A DNA stretch of 64,000 nt from Candidatus Komeilibacteria bacterium (GTDB lineage Bacteria; Patescibacteriota; Patescibacteriia; UBA1558): NCBI GenBank assembly GCA_048538235.1, contig JBLYPX010000001.1:787011-851010 (forward strand). The letters are read 5' to 3'. The position numbers were made by a program, and so were the translations under genes. The first letter of the stretch is position 1. Each line of letters opens with the position of its first letter. Positions 17,469-27,566 of this stretch are shown piece by piece. The notes below the pieces were generated by a model. That model saw only the letters and a program-made list of their open reading frames with translations. It was not told the DNA's origin and made no database searches.

Positions 17469-18569
17469 ATGAAATTTATATGCACAAGAGAAAATTTGAA
17501 TAATGGTTTAAGCGTTGTAAACCATTTAGCTTCTCACAATGCAAACCTACCAATTCTAAATAATGTTTTAGTAGATGCTAAAGACGGAATAATAACTTTA
17601 GCTACAACAAATTTAGAAATTGGGATTAAGGTTGTAGTGAGAGGGAAAATAGAAACAGAAGGTTCTTACACTGTGCCAGCTCGTTTATTTTCAGATTTTG
17701 TTTCATTACTGCCAAATGAAAACGTAGATATAGATTTAGAAACAGATGGTTTAAATGTACGTTGTAAAAATTCACAAACACAAATTAAAGGAATGCTGTC
17801 AGAGGATTATCCTTTAATTCCAGATGTTAGTTCAGATAAAAAGGTTTCCATAGATATGCAAGTTTTTAAAGAAACTTTAGGACAAACAGTTTTTGCAGCA
17901 ACGCTAGATGATAATAGACCAGAAATTAGTGGTGTGTTTTTTAACTTCAAAGGTCAAGATCTTGTGGTGGCAGCAACAGACAGTTATCGTTTGGCTGAAA
18001 AGAGAATTAAAGTAGAAAATTCTATTGATCAAAAAGTTATTATACCTTTAAAAACTCTACAAGAACTTAGTAGAATTTTAGCAAACACTACAGAAAAGAA
18101 AATAGAAATATATTTAAATGAGAACCAAATAGCTTTTAGTTGTAATAATATAGTTTTAACTTCGCGTTTAATTGATGGAAATTACCCAGATTATGAACAA
18201 ATTATACCCACGGATGAAAAGACAGTAACAAAGGTTGGTGTTAGTGAGTTAGTTAAAGCTATAAAAGGTGCTTCATTGTTCTGTAAAACAGGGATAAATG
18301 ATATAAAAATGACTATTATACCTTCAAAAAATGAAGTGGTTATCCTGTCAACAAACAGTGGATTAGGAGAAAATATTACCAACATAAAGGCAGATATTAA
18401 GGGCGAAGAGGTGGAAATAGTCTTTAATTACCGCTATTTACTTGATGGCTTAAATAACTTACAATCAGAGCAGGTAATAATAAAAACCTCCAATCAAGGT
18501 GCTCCAGGGGTTTTTGTGCCGGACAACAAAGAAGGATACCTATACATTGTGATGCCAATCCGGCAATAA
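17469..18569 (+). CDS. dnaN: DNA polymerase III beta sliding clamp
   Basis: 366 aa, three-domain beta-clamp pattern. N-terminal MKFICTRENLNNGLSVVNHLAS. Confidence 0.9.
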   Translation: MKFICTRENLNNGLSVVNHLASHNANLPILNNVLVDAKDGIITLATTNLEIGIKVVVRGKIETEGSYTVPARLFSDFVSLLPNENVDIDLETDGLNVRCKNSQTQIKGMLSEDYPLIPDVSSDKKVSIDMQVFKETLGQTVFAATLDDNRPEISGVFFNFKGQDLVVAATDSYRLAEKRIKVENSIDQKVIIPLKTLQELSRILANTTEKKIEIYLNENQIAFSCNNIVLTSRLIDGNYPDYEQIIPTDEKTVTKVGVSELVKAIKGASLFCKTGINDIKMTIIPSKNEVVILSTNSGLGENITNIKADIKGEEVEIVFNYRYLLDGLNNLQSEQVIIKTSNQGAPGVFVPDNKEGYLYIVMPIRQ

Positions 18570-18668
18570 ATTTACTTAATTGGGGCGGTCAGGCGACATA
18601 AGTTTACTTAAGTTGCTTACCACTACCTCTTAAGATATAGTTCTCAGGCATGGGGGCTACCTAAAAAA

Positions 18669-18693
18669 CCGACACTTATAGTGCCGGTTTTTT
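18669..18693. terminator. weak bidirectional terminator CCGACAC-TTATA-GTGCCGG flanked by A6/T6 between convergent dnaN and PBP genes
   Basis: 3+3 bp stem with a central mismatch. Flanking homopolymer runs. Confidence 0.35.
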
Positions 18694-18712
18694 GGTTAAG
18701 ATGTTTTATATA

Positions 18713-21649
18713 TTATTCTTCAATATTTATTGTTATATCACTTCCTTGAACCACTTGATTGTTTTTATCTGTAAACACTGGATAAGCCTTATATATACCA
18801 ACCGCTGGTTTATTAGCCCAGGTGGTAGATATTAATTTATTATCTATTGTTTTAACAGCTCCTAACCAACTAGACTGATTTGACTCACTTTCTTTGTAAT
18901 AAAAGTCTACTTGTTTTAAGATATTAAAATTTTCTACACTAATACTTAGTGAGTATGGAAAGTTAAAAGCGCTTAAGGTTGTGCCAGAGCCGGGTGAGAC
19001 CCAACTCATTTTAATATAGTCTTCTCTATCAAAATTAAGAGTTATAGAGTCTTCATTATTATTTAATAAATCATCATAAACTTTAGCAGTTAAGGTGTGC
19101 TGACCATTTTTAATACTTGGTGGAATAATGTAAGTAAGATTAAATGGTTGAGAATATATTTCTCCAACTATTTTATCATCAAGCAAATAAACAACCTTTC
19201 TGGCTCCACGAGGTGCTCCTGCATTTACGCTAACGTTTAATTGTCCTAAAACAACCCTGTAATTATTAGAAGGAGTTGTGATATTAATAGATGGCTTGTC
19301 TTGTGGCAAATGAACATCATCATATTCTGTTGGTGGTTTTTGAGCAATAATATTTTGTTCTTCAGCCCATTTTATAACAGGCGCTTCCCAATTAGCATAC
19401 TGGTAATTATCTTCTGGATTTTTTGGCTCAGGACCGGTTGGGTCACCACGATCTACATAATGTAGAATATTATGAACCTCTAAAAACTTTTTGTTTATAA
19501 TTGCTTCTTCTGGAGTAAACTCAGTTGCCAGTTTTTCAGAGAACTTATCTATAGCTATTGAATCACCACCCTCCATAAATCCACCAATCATTGGTTTCTC
19601 AATATTTACAATAGAAGGTTTGGTAAATGCTTTAACTTCTTTACCGGCTAGGTATTTGTTTAAGAAAGATTGCCAAATTGGAGCAGCAACAACTCCGCCA
19701 GCAGCACCCAATTTCATTTCTGTATTATCATTATTACCAACCCAAACACCAGCAGCTACTTGGTAAGGAGTATAACCTACTGTCCAGGCATCTCTGTAGT
19801 CGTCTGTGGTGCCTGTTTTTGCCGCTACAGGCCTATTACCAAGAGTTAGGTAGTTTGACTCACCAAAGGCATAAGCACGAGCAGGATTGTCAGCTAAGAC
19901 GTCAGATAACATCCTGACATAATTAGCGTCTATTACTCTTTCGCCCTTTGGTTTTTGGTATTCTTCTAAAACCCTTCCATCACCATCTTCAACCCTTAAA
20001 ATACTTGAATAAGGGTACCAAACGCCCTCTCTAGAAAAAGCTGCAAAAGCATTAACATGTTCTAGTAGTTTAACTTCACCGCCACCAAGAACTAAAGATA
20101 ATCCAAAACGAGATCTGTCTCCAAAACTTGAATAACCTAAAGAATCTGCAATGTCTAAAACATTGCTAACGCCAGCTAAGTAAATCATTTTAACAGCTGG
20201 AGTGTTTAAGGAGCCGGCTAGAGCTTTACGAATAGAAACTGGACCATATTCTTTTAAGTCGTAATTTCTTGGCTCATAAGATGTAGGCTCTGCTTTAAAA
20301 GAAGTGTTTAAGTCAAAAAGAATTGAGTCTGGAGTAAAGCCTTTTGTAAAACCAGTTAGATAAACCAGAGGCTTAAAAGAACTACCAGGTTGCCTTAGTT
20401 GAGTTGTTACATTTACTTGTCCATCAATCTCGTCATCAAAATAATTTTTAGAGCCAACCATAGACAGGATTTGTCCAGTTTGAACATCTATTGCAACTAG
20501 GGCAGCATTAGTAGCGTTATAATTTGTTTCATTTCTTTCCACTCTTTCGCTTATTGCTTCTTCAGCAGCTTTTTGAGCATCCAGATCTAGGGTGGTAATA
20601 ATTTTTAACCCTCCCTGCTCTATCATTTGATCGCCATACTTATTTGCAAGATATTCTTTTATGTATAGCACAAAGTGTGGAGCGGTAATATTAGTAATTC
20701 TATTTTTAAAATCAAGTTCATAATCTTTGGCGGTCTGTCCTTCTTCTTCTGTTAAATAACCCTGTTCAACCATTAAGTCAATAATATATTGTTGTCTACC
20801 AATTAACCTATCTTTATTTGAGCCATAAGGTGAATAAAAGGAAGGTGCTTGTGGTAGAGCAGCAAGAATGGCAGACTCAGCAACCTCAAGTTCGTTTGCG
20901 TGTTTGCCAAAGTAATAATTAGCAGCAGCTTCCACACCATACACATTAGAACCATAAGGTATTTCATTGAAATATAGTTTAAGGATTTCATCTTTAGAAA
21001 ACTTTTGTTCAATTCTGTAAGACAATATCCACTCCTTTATTTTTCTAGACACTTTTCTTTCATTTGTAAGAATAGCATTTTTTACTAACTGTTGAGTAAG
21101 AGTAGATCCTCCTTGAGCTGGCTTACCTTGTAAACGAGGCACTATCTGACCACGAATAATACCCCATATAGAAATACCACCATGTTTGTAAAAGTTTTTG
21201 TCTTCAATAGAGATAGTTGCATTTATTGTATGTGGTTGTATTTGATCGAGCTCAATTAAGGTTCTTTTTTGATCACCAGCAATTTCATAAAGTAGTTCTT
21301 CACCAGTTCGGTCATAAATTTTAGTACTTTGAGCAATAGTCCGGTCTATTATCTTGTTTGGATCCGGTAAATCTTTAGCATAATATGCGAACAAAAGAGT
21401 AACAAAAACAAAACAAGCAACAATTAAAGAAAGCCCTAGTTTTATTAGAAAACGAGAGTTCTTTTTAGAAAACTTAAAAAGTTTGCTTAAAATAGCAGAG
21501 CTAGTAAAGCCACTCTTTTTAGGTTTGTTGTTTGTTTTTTTAGGACGCTTTAAGGTTGGAACTGACTTTTGCCTCTTTCTTTTTTTTGGTTTCTGCTTGT
21601 GTTGTTTCCAGCTTTGTGGCGATTTAACAGATAACTGTGGTATTGGCAT
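18713..21649 (-). CDS. mrcA: class A penicillin-binding protein (PBP1A-type glycosyltransferase/transpeptidase) with basic N-terminal tail and C-terminal Ig-like extension
   Basis: 978 aa. GT51 motifs (EDKNFYKHGGISIWGIIRG, RKIKEWILS). Transpeptidase SSFKP (SxxK), SLN, KTGT motifs. About 40-aa K/R/P-rich N-terminus before the TM. About 230 aa extra C-terminal beta-rich domains. Confidence 0.9.
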   Translation of the reverse strand: MPIPQLSVKSPQSWKQHKQKPKKRKRQKSVPTLKRPKKTNNKPKKSGFTSSAILSKLFKFSKKNSRFLIKLGLSLIVACFVFVTLLFAYYAKDLPDPNKIIDRTIAQSTKIYDRTGEELLYEIAGDQKRTLIELDQIQPHTINATISIEDKNFYKHGGISIWGIIRGQIVPRLQGKPAQGGSTLTQQLVKNAILTNERKVSRKIKEWILSYRIEQKFSKDEILKLYFNEIPYGSNVYGVEAAANYYFGKHANELEVAESAILAALPQAPSFYSPYGSNKDRLIGRQQYIIDLMVEQGYLTEEEGQTAKDYELDFKNRITNITAPHFVLYIKEYLANKYGDQMIEQGGLKIITTLDLDAQKAAEEAISERVERNETNYNATNAALVAIDVQTGQILSMVGSKNYFDDEIDGQVNVTTQLRQPGSSFKPLVYLTGFTKGFTPDSILFDLNTSFKAEPTSYEPRNYDLKEYGPVSIRKALAGSLNTPAVKMIYLAGVSNVLDIADSLGYSSFGDRSRFGLSLVLGGGEVKLLEHVNAFAAFSREGVWYPYSSILRVEDGDGRVLEEYQKPKGERVIDANYVRMLSDVLADNPARAYAFGESNYLTLGNRPVAAKTGTTDDYRDAWTVGYTPYQVAAGVWVGNNDNTEMKLGAAGGVVAAPIWQSFLNKYLAGKEVKAFTKPSIVNIEKPMIGGFMEGGDSIAIDKFSEKLATEFTPEEAIINKKFLEVHNILHYVDRGDPTGPEPKNPEDNYQYANWEAPVIKWAEEQNIIAQKPPTEYDDVHLPQDKPSINITTPSNNYRVVLGQLNVSVNAGAPRGARKVVYLLDDKIVGEIYSQPFNLTYIIPPSIKNGQHTLTAKVYDDLLNNNEDSITLNFDREDYIKMSWVSPGSGTTLSAFNFPYSLSISVENFNILKQVDFYYKESESNQSSWLGAVKTIDNKLISTTWANKPAVGIYKAYPVFTDKNNQVVQGSDITINIEE

Positions 21650-21757
21650 TATATATAAGTATAAAATAATCTTTTCACCATAAATGTTACCATTTTACAA
21701 GTGTTTTTTCAATGAACTATTATTTGCTATAATATGACTATAAATAATAACTAAATC

Positions 21758-22954
21758 ATGAAAATGAAAGTAAATAATGACAAGGCCGCAGTAGAGGCTG
21801 TTTTGACAAGAGGGGTTCAAGAAGTGGTTGTAGATAAGGAATTAAGGAAAAAACTACTATCTGGAAAACAACTTAGAATTAAACACGGTGTTGATCCAAC
21901 ATCTAAAGATTTAACATTAGGACACGCTGTTGTTTATGAAAAGCTTAGGCAGTTTCAAGAGCTTGGGCATAAGATAGTCTTTTTAATCGGATCTTTTACT
22001 GCACGTTTTGGTGATCCTACAGACAAGGGTAAAACCAGAGAGATGAGAGATAAGAAGGAGGTGTTAGCTATGGGCAAGAACTATGTTAAACAATTATCTA
22101 AGATATTAGATATTAAAAAAGTAGAGATTAGATATAACGGAGAGTGGTATGATAAATTTTCTGGTGAAGACATGTTGAAACTCATGTCTAAGTTTACAGT
22201 AGCAAGAATGCTTGAAAGGGACATGTTTCAAAAAAGAATTAAAGAAGAGAAAGAAATATATTATCATGAACCAGTTTATCCAATTCTGCAGGGATATGAT
22301 TCTGTGATGTTGAAATCCGATTTAACTGTTATTGGCTCTGATCAAAAATTTAATGAATTGCAAGCAAGACCACTACAAGAAGAGGCTGGGCAAAAACCAC
22401 AAGATATTGTAATTATGCCATTGCTGGTTGGCACAGATGGGTCGCAAAAAATGAGTCAGTCGCTTGGTAATTATATTGGCATTAGCGATCCAGCAAATGA
22501 AATGTTTGGAAAGATTATGTCTATACCAGATGATTTGATTTATAACTATTTTGAATTGTGTACAAGAGTAACAGAAGATGAGTTGGGGGAAATAGAACAA
22601 CTATTAAAATCCGGAGTAAACCCAAGAGATATTAAAATTAAATTAGCTAAAGAGATTATTAAGATTTACCATAGCGAAAAAGACGCAAATAAAGCAGAGC
22701 AGGAATTTATTAACGTGTTTAGCAATAATCAAAAACCAGAAGAGGTTGAAAAGAAAGAATTTACAGGCGGATTAAACGCACTAGATTTGTTGGTTGAATT
22801 AGAAATGGTAAAGTCTAAGGGTGAAGCCAGAAGACTTGTTGAACAGCGAGGTGTTAAAGTGAATGACGAGGTTTTAGAAAGTTGGGAAAAGAATGATTTT
22901 AAGGCTGGAGACGTTATTCAGATAGGAAAAAGAAAGTTTATAGAACTAAAATAG
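21758..22954 (+). CDS. tyrS: tyrosyl-tRNA synthetase (with C-terminal S4 domain)
   Basis: 398 aa. DPTSKDLTLGHAV (HIGH-type) ... GSFTARFGDPT ... KMSQSLGN (KMSKS). C-terminal S4-like ALDLLVELEMVKSKGEARRLVEQRGVKVN. Confidence 0.85.
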   Translation: MKMKVNNDKAAVEAVLTRGVQEVVVDKELRKKLLSGKQLRIKHGVDPTSKDLTLGHAVVYEKLRQFQELGHKIVFLIGSFTARFGDPTDKGKTREMRDKKEVLAMGKNYVKQLSKILDIKKVEIRYNGEWYDKFSGEDMLKLMSKFTVARMLERDMFQKRIKEEKEIYYHEPVYPILQGYDSVMLKSDLTVIGSDQKFNELQARPLQEEAGQKPQDIVIMPLLVGTDGSQKMSQSLGNYIGISDPANEMFGKIMSIPDDLIYNYFELCTRVTEDELGEIEQLLKSGVNPRDIKIKLAKEIIKIYHSEKDANKAEQEFINVFSNNQKPEEVEKKEFTGGLNALDLLVELEMVKSKGEARRLVEQRGVKVNDEVLESWEKNDFKAGDVIQIGKRKFIELK

Positions 22955-22992
22955 TAAACAAAAAAACACTTTAGATATTCTCTAAAGTGTTT

Positions 22993-23499
22993 TTATTTAC
23001 CTAATTTTTCTAATTTTTGACTAGCAAAACAACAAAGCGCAACCGCTAATGCGTCAGCTGCATCATCGGGTTTCGGAATCTCTTTTAACCCAAGAACAGC
23101 TTTAATCATTAATTGCATTTGTTTTTTTTCAGCTCTACCATAACCAGTTAAAGACTGTTTTATTTGTAAGGGAGTGTATTCGTGAATGCTTAATTTATTT
23201 TGTTGAGCGGCTAATAAAACAATACCTCTAGCTTGGCTTACTTTAATTGCAGTTGTTACATTCTTATAAAAAAACAATTGCTCAACAGCAATGCTTCCTG
23301 GTTTGTATTTCTTTATTAATTTATTTAGCTCATTATATATATATTCTAATCTCTCTGAAAAATCTTGCTTAGCAGGAGTTTTAATAGAACCGTAACCCAA
23401 AGTTTTTGTTTTGCCGCCAATAAACTCTACTATGCCATAACCAGTATCGGCAAAGCCCGGGTCTATTCCAAGAATAATATTTTTCTTTTTATTAGTCAT
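22993..23499 (-). CDS. ruvC: crossover junction endodeoxyribonuclease RuvC
   Basis: 168 aa. IILGIDPGFADTGYGIVE catalytic-Asp region. Confidence 0.9.
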   Translation of the reverse strand: MTNKKKNIILGIDPGFADTGYGIVEFIGGKTKTLGYGSIKTPAKQDFSERLEYIYNELNKLIKKYKPGSIAVEQLFFYKNVTTAIKVSQARGIVLLAAQQNKLSIHEYTPLQIKQSLTGYGRAEKKQMQLMIKAVLGLKEIPKPDDAADALAVALCCFASQKLEKLGK

Positions 23500-24206
23500 T
23501 AAATGTCTGCGTTGGTATAGATATTTTGAACATCATCCAAATCATCTAGAGCATCCATAATTCTTATAACTTTTTCTTCATTTTCAACCGGAGCTTTATC
23601 TTTAGCAATATATTCTAATTTACTATCTGAAATAATTAAATTATTTTTTTCAAGTTCATCTTTAATTTTGTGCAAGTCACTATCTTTTGTATAAACAACA
23701 ACAGAACCATCTTCATTAGAAAGATCTTCTGCACCAGCATCAATTATTAATAGTTCTTGTTCTTCGTTTATTGAATCGTTTTCTAAATATATAACACCCT
23801 TTCTGTCGAACATCCACATAACATTACCACTACCACCAAGATTGCCACCATACTTACTTAAGGTATGCTTAACCTCACCCACTGTTCTGTTTTTATTATC
23901 TGTAATAGTTTCAATAATAAGAGCAACACCTCCTGGGCCATAACCTTCGTATGTTATTTCTTCAATTAAGTCACCACCATTTTCACCGGTACCAGCTTTA
24001 ATAGCTCTTTCAATATTATCTTTTGGTAGGCTTAACTTTTTAGCTCTATCAATAGCCATTCGTAATTTAAAATTCATTTCAGGATCGCCACCATCTCTAG
24101 CAGCTATAGAAATTGCTTTTGCTAGCTTGGTAAAAAGACCGCTACGTTTAGCGTCTTTCCCCTCTTTTGCTCTTTTAGTTGTGGCCCATTTAGAGTGACC
24201 TGACAT
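23499..24206 (-). CDS. YebC/PmpR-family DNA-binding transcriptional regulator
   Basis: 235 aa. MSGHSKWATTKRAKEGKDAKRSGLFTKLAKAI N-terminus is the family hallmark. Confidence 0.9.
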   Translation of the reverse strand: MSGHSKWATTKRAKEGKDAKRSGLFTKLAKAISIAARDGGDPEMNFKLRMAIDRAKKLSLPKDNIERAIKAGTGENGGDLIEEITYEGYGPGGVALIIETITDNKNRTVGEVKHTLSKYGGNLGGSGNVMWMFDRKGVIYLENDSINEEQELLIIDAGAEDLSNEDGSVVVYTKDSDLHKIKDELEKNNLIISDSKLEYIAKDKAPVENEEKVIRIMDALDDLDDVQNIYTNADI

Positions 24207-24278
24207 AATAATAGTATTAATAACGTTGTTATCTTAGCAAGAAATACTCAAAAAGGCAATAATATAGGTTATTTATGG

Positions 24279-24307
24279 TTGTTAAACAGCTTAAAAAACT
24301 GTAAAAT
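24279..24307 (+). promoter_or_regulatory. promoter TTGTTA-17-TAAAAT-6 nt-ATG (leaderless start of the 24314 gene)
   Basis: Read directly: ggTTGTTAaacagcttaaaaaactgTAAAATgtatatATG. Confidence 0.45.
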
Positions 24308-24313
24308 GTATAT

Positions 24314-25324
24314 ATGAATAAAATAGAAAAAAATAGAGCTAAGGTATATTCATCAATTGAACTAATACCAGCTCAAATAGAACAGGCCTGGACAATGATG
24401 GCTGAGGCAAAAATACCTAGTAAATATAAAAAGTTCAGCAACATTGTTGTTTGTGGTATGGGAGGATCAAACATTGGGTTTCATCTAGTAAGACAAGCGC
24501 TAGCATCAAAAATAGAGGTTCCCATTTTTATACACTCGGATTATAAATTACCAAAATTTGTTAATAAGGATAGCTTAGTTATTTTATCTAGCTATTCTGG
24601 TAATACAGAAGAGGTTATTAGTTGTGCTAAACAGGTGGTTGCTAACAAGTATAGTGGGTATATTATTACTGGCGGTGGGAAGCTTGCAAAAATGACAGAT
24701 AAAATACCGGGTGAGGTTTTCTCAACAGATTTTAATCCTTCAGACGAGCCACGCTGGGGCTTGGGATATTCAATTGGGTCGTTTTTACAACTTTTAAATA
24801 GATTAGATGTCTTATCTATTACAGATGCACAGCTAATGAAGGCAAACGTATCTCAACCAGTGAATGATTTTAAAGCTTTGGCTAAAATAATGAGGAATAA
24901 AATGGTTGTTGTAATGGCAGCTGAACATTTAATTGGCAATGCTCATATATTCTGCAATCAATTAAATGAGACCGCTGATAATATGGCTATTTGGATGGCT
25001 TTGCCAGAGCTAAACCATCATTTTATGGAAGCCTTATCTAATCCAAAAGAGGTGGTGCAGAAAAATATGGTAGTTTTGTTTTTAAATTCAGACAATTATT
25101 CAAGCAAGATAAAGAAAAGAATAGAAATTACAAAAAAAGTACTTAATAAGAAGAAGGTTAAGTGGTTGGAGCTATCATCTGGCAAGAAGAACGCTTTGGA
25201 GGACAGCTTATCCACATTGCAACTACTATCATACTTGTGCTATCATATGAGTGTTGTTAATAAAGTTGATCCGATTGCTATACCAACGGTAGATTTCTTC
25301 AAAGCACAGTTGAAAAAACAGTAG
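24314..25324 (+). CDS. SIS-domain sugar isomerase, bifunctional phosphoglucose/phosphomannose isomerase family
   Basis: 336 aa. VVCGMGGSNIGFHLV ... LVILSSYSGNTEEVISCA follows the PGI/PMI SIS pattern. Confidence 0.6.
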   Translation: MNKIEKNRAKVYSSIELIPAQIEQAWTMMAEAKIPSKYKKFSNIVVCGMGGSNIGFHLVRQALASKIEVPIFIHSDYKLPKFVNKDSLVILSSYSGNTEEVISCAKQVVANKYSGYIITGGGKLAKMTDKIPGEVFSTDFNPSDEPRWGLGYSIGSFLQLLNRLDVLSITDAQLMKANVSQPVNDFKALAKIMRNKMVVVMAAEHLIGNAHIFCNQLNETADNMAIWMALPELNHHFMEALSNPKEVVQKNMVVLFLNSDNYSSKIKKRIEITKKVLNKKKVKWLELSSGKKNALEDSLSTLQLLSYLCYHMSVVNKVDPIAIPTVDFFKAQLKKQ

Positions 25325-25381
25325 ACAACATAAATTTAGTGTAAGGGAGGAGCGATCCTCTTTTATATATGCCCCCATGCT

Positions 25382-25439
25382 GAGTCAATTTTTTGACTCG
25401 ATGGCAAATCCCCACAACCGTGCTTGGCGGGGATTTTTT
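25382..25439 (+). terminator. tandem hairpins (GAGTCAA-TTTT-TTGACTC and ATCCCC-N15-GGGGAT plus T5) after the SIS gene
   Basis: Read directly. Confidence 0.5.
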
Positions 25440-25463
25440 GTTTCCTTGTGATATAATACTAGC

Positions 25464-27041
25464 ATGTTAGTGCGTAATAGTTTCCAAAAAATAATACATT
25501 TTATCAAGGATCATAGATTAAATTATTTATTGGTTTTTTTATTAGTCTTTTTGCTAATGTCTTGGCTACAAGCAGGTCCATATTTTCTAGGAACAGAATC
25601 TTTTTACCATGCTAAGATGGTGGAAAGTTTAGAAAATTCGCTAAAATTAGATAATTTTTCTTGGTTACAATCTACTAATTATTCTAATAGTTTTACAGAT
25701 AGTAATTGGCTTTATCATATATTTTTGAGTTTGTTTGTTGGTGTTTTGCCAACTTTTTTAGTTATAAAAATATTCGCAGCGCTTTTTTCAGCGCTACTAG
25801 CTTTGTATGTATATTATTGGTTAACAAAACACAATGGATTTCTTCCGGGGCTATTTGTGCTCCTTTTATTTTCAATTATTCCGTTTGCTATTAGTATTAA
25901 TAACTTGGGTGCTATTAGTGCGGCCTTGTTTGTTTTGCTGGTTGGTTTAGAGTTTGTTGTGAATTATAGGTATTGGCAACTAGGCGTTCTTAGTATCACA
26001 TTAACCCTCCTAACAGGACAATTTATTTTCTTATTTGTCATCGCTTTACTCTGGCTTTTAATTGAGCTGATATACAACAAGTATAAACTAGATATGTTCA
26101 GAGAAGGATTGTCGAGTATTAAAGATTGGGTACTGAGAAAGTTGGGGCTACGTAGTAAAACTAGTAGAAGGAAATGGTTGATTTTAATATTTTGTTTGTT
26201 TGGCATAGTGATTGGCTTAATGGTTAATCCGTATTGGCCAGAGAGCACGTCTTTTTATAAGGAGCTTATTGCTAACAAAAACACAAACACGTTCTCAGGA
26301 GTATATAATAGCTTTGTTAGTCTAATTTCATCTGCCAAGCTATTGTTTATAATATTTTTGTCATCAGTATTCAGCGTTGTTTATTTGAATAAAAGAATTG
26401 TTAAACTTACAGCCTTTTTATTACTACTAACATTTGTATTTGTTTTAAACACCTTGCTGTTTAGTTGGGGAATAGAGTTTACATACTTGATTATTATTTT
26501 AACAACTTCACTTATACTAAGAGATTGTTTTGGAAGTCTTGGTTTGTGGTCTGCCTGGAATAGCCATAAAAGAAACACTAATTTAGTTAGAGCTGGAATT
26601 GTTATAGCAACTATTATTATTTTGTTTATACCCCTGAAAGGGTACTATGTTCTAAATAAAGATGGTGATTTTTACCCATTGAATTATATGCAAGAAGCAG
26701 CAGAGTGGTTATATTATCATATTCCAGATAATGCGCTGGTTATTAATACAGATTACGAGGATTGGGCTCCTTTGTTTTATTATAATGACAATAATAGATA
26801 CTGGTGGGGTTTGAGTAATAACATTATGAATAATGCTCAAAAATCAAGCAGGAATGACCTGATTGGTATTATAGATGGTTCTAGTAATAAAAACCCTTAT
26901 GCCCTATTTAAAGGCAGTTTTAAAGCAGATTACCTATTGGTAAATAGTCGTAGAAATATACTGAATAGTCGCTTAACAGACAATATATACTTTTCATTAG
27001 TATATAGCGATGAGGATTGCTATATATATGAAATACAATAA
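25464..27041 (+). CDS. large polytopic membrane protein, GT-C-fold glycosyltransferase-like (ArnT/PMT/YfhO-like), 12+ TM
   Basis: 525 aa. First extracytoplasmic loop contains GTESFYHAKMVESL (acidic DE-like motif typical of GT-C enzymes). Many TM helices, then about 150 aa soluble C-terminal domain rich in N/Y/W. Convergent with the pilin operon. Confidence 0.4.
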   Translation: MLVRNSFQKIIHFIKDHRLNYLLVFLLVFLLMSWLQAGPYFLGTESFYHAKMVESLENSLKLDNFSWLQSTNYSNSFTDSNWLYHIFLSLFVGVLPTFLVIKIFAALFSALLALYVYYWLTKHNGFLPGLFVLLLFSIIPFAISINNLGAISAALFVLLVGLEFVVNYRYWQLGVLSITLTLLTGQFIFLFVIALLWLLIELIYNKYKLDMFREGLSSIKDWVLRKLGLRSKTSRRKWLILIFCLFGIVIGLMVNPYWPESTSFYKELIANKNTNTFSGVYNSFVSLISSAKLLFIIFLSSVFSVVYLNKRIVKLTAFLLLLTFVFVLNTLLFSWGIEFTYLIIILTTSLILRDCFGSLGLWSAWNSHKRNTNLVRAGIVIATIIILFIPLKGYYVLNKDGDFYPLNYMQEAAEWLYYHIPDNALVINTDYEDWAPLFYYNDNNRYWWGLSNNIMNNAQKSSRNDLIGIIDGSSNKNPYALFKGSFKADYLLVNSRRNILNSRLTDNIYFSLVYSDEDCYIYEIQ

Positions 27042-27059
27042 ATTTAGGTAACAAAAAAA

Positions 27060-27080
27060 CTGCTCGTCTGAGCAGTTTTT
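27060..27080. terminator. bidirectional terminator CTGCTC-GTCT-GAGCAG flanked by A8 and T5 between the GT-C-like gene and the pilin operon end
   Basis: Read directly. Confidence 0.65.
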
Positions 27081-27094
27081 ATATTTAGTTTAAT

Positions 27095-27565
27095 TTAATT
27101 TATCACACAACGACTCTCGTCTAGACCATTGGTCCAGCAATGGAATCCACTAGGACAATCTGAATCAGAACTACATTCATTACCACCACCCCTAGTTGAA
27201 TTGTATACATTTGTTATTACAAAGTCAGTTATTACATAGGCTGCTAAAACTATGATTAAACCTATAATGGCGTTTATAATTCTTTTTTTAGCTGAGTCGA
27301 TAGCGGTTGAATTACCACCAGCTGTCATCCATTGAAAACCAGACCATATAATAAGGATAACAAATACAAGACCTAAAAAGCCAAGTAGAATTTGTATAAA
27401 ATTTATTACTATATTTTCTACATCTGTTGATGTGGTAGATCCGGTAACACCTTCTTGAACATAATCAAATTCACTGTTCACCAGGTCGCCTAAATCTGCC
27501 TGAGCTAAAGGTGTGAACAGAACAAAAGAAAATATAATTAAAGTAAGAAGGATAATTTTTTTCAT
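27095..27565 (-). CDS. VirB2/TrbC-like (T4SS-type) pilin paralog P1, subfamily A, with Cys-rich C-terminal module
   Basis: 156 aa. Signal peptide (…PLAQA/DLG), variable acidic/T-rich segment, then the conserved hairpin core IQILLGFLGLVFVILIIWSGFQWMTAGGNSTAIDSAKKRIINAIIGLIIVLAAYVITDFVI. C-terminal GGGNECSSDSDCPSGFHCWTNGLDESRCVIN has 4 Cys. Confidence 0.65.
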   Translation of the reverse strand: MKKIILLTLIIFSFVLFTPLAQADLGDLVNSEFDYVQEGVTGSTTSTDVENIVINFIQILLGFLGLVFVILIIWSGFQWMTAGGNSTAIDSAKKRIINAIIGLIIVLAAYVITDFVITNVYNSTRGGGNECSSDSDCPSGFHCWTNGLDESRCVIN

Positions 27566-27566
27566 A

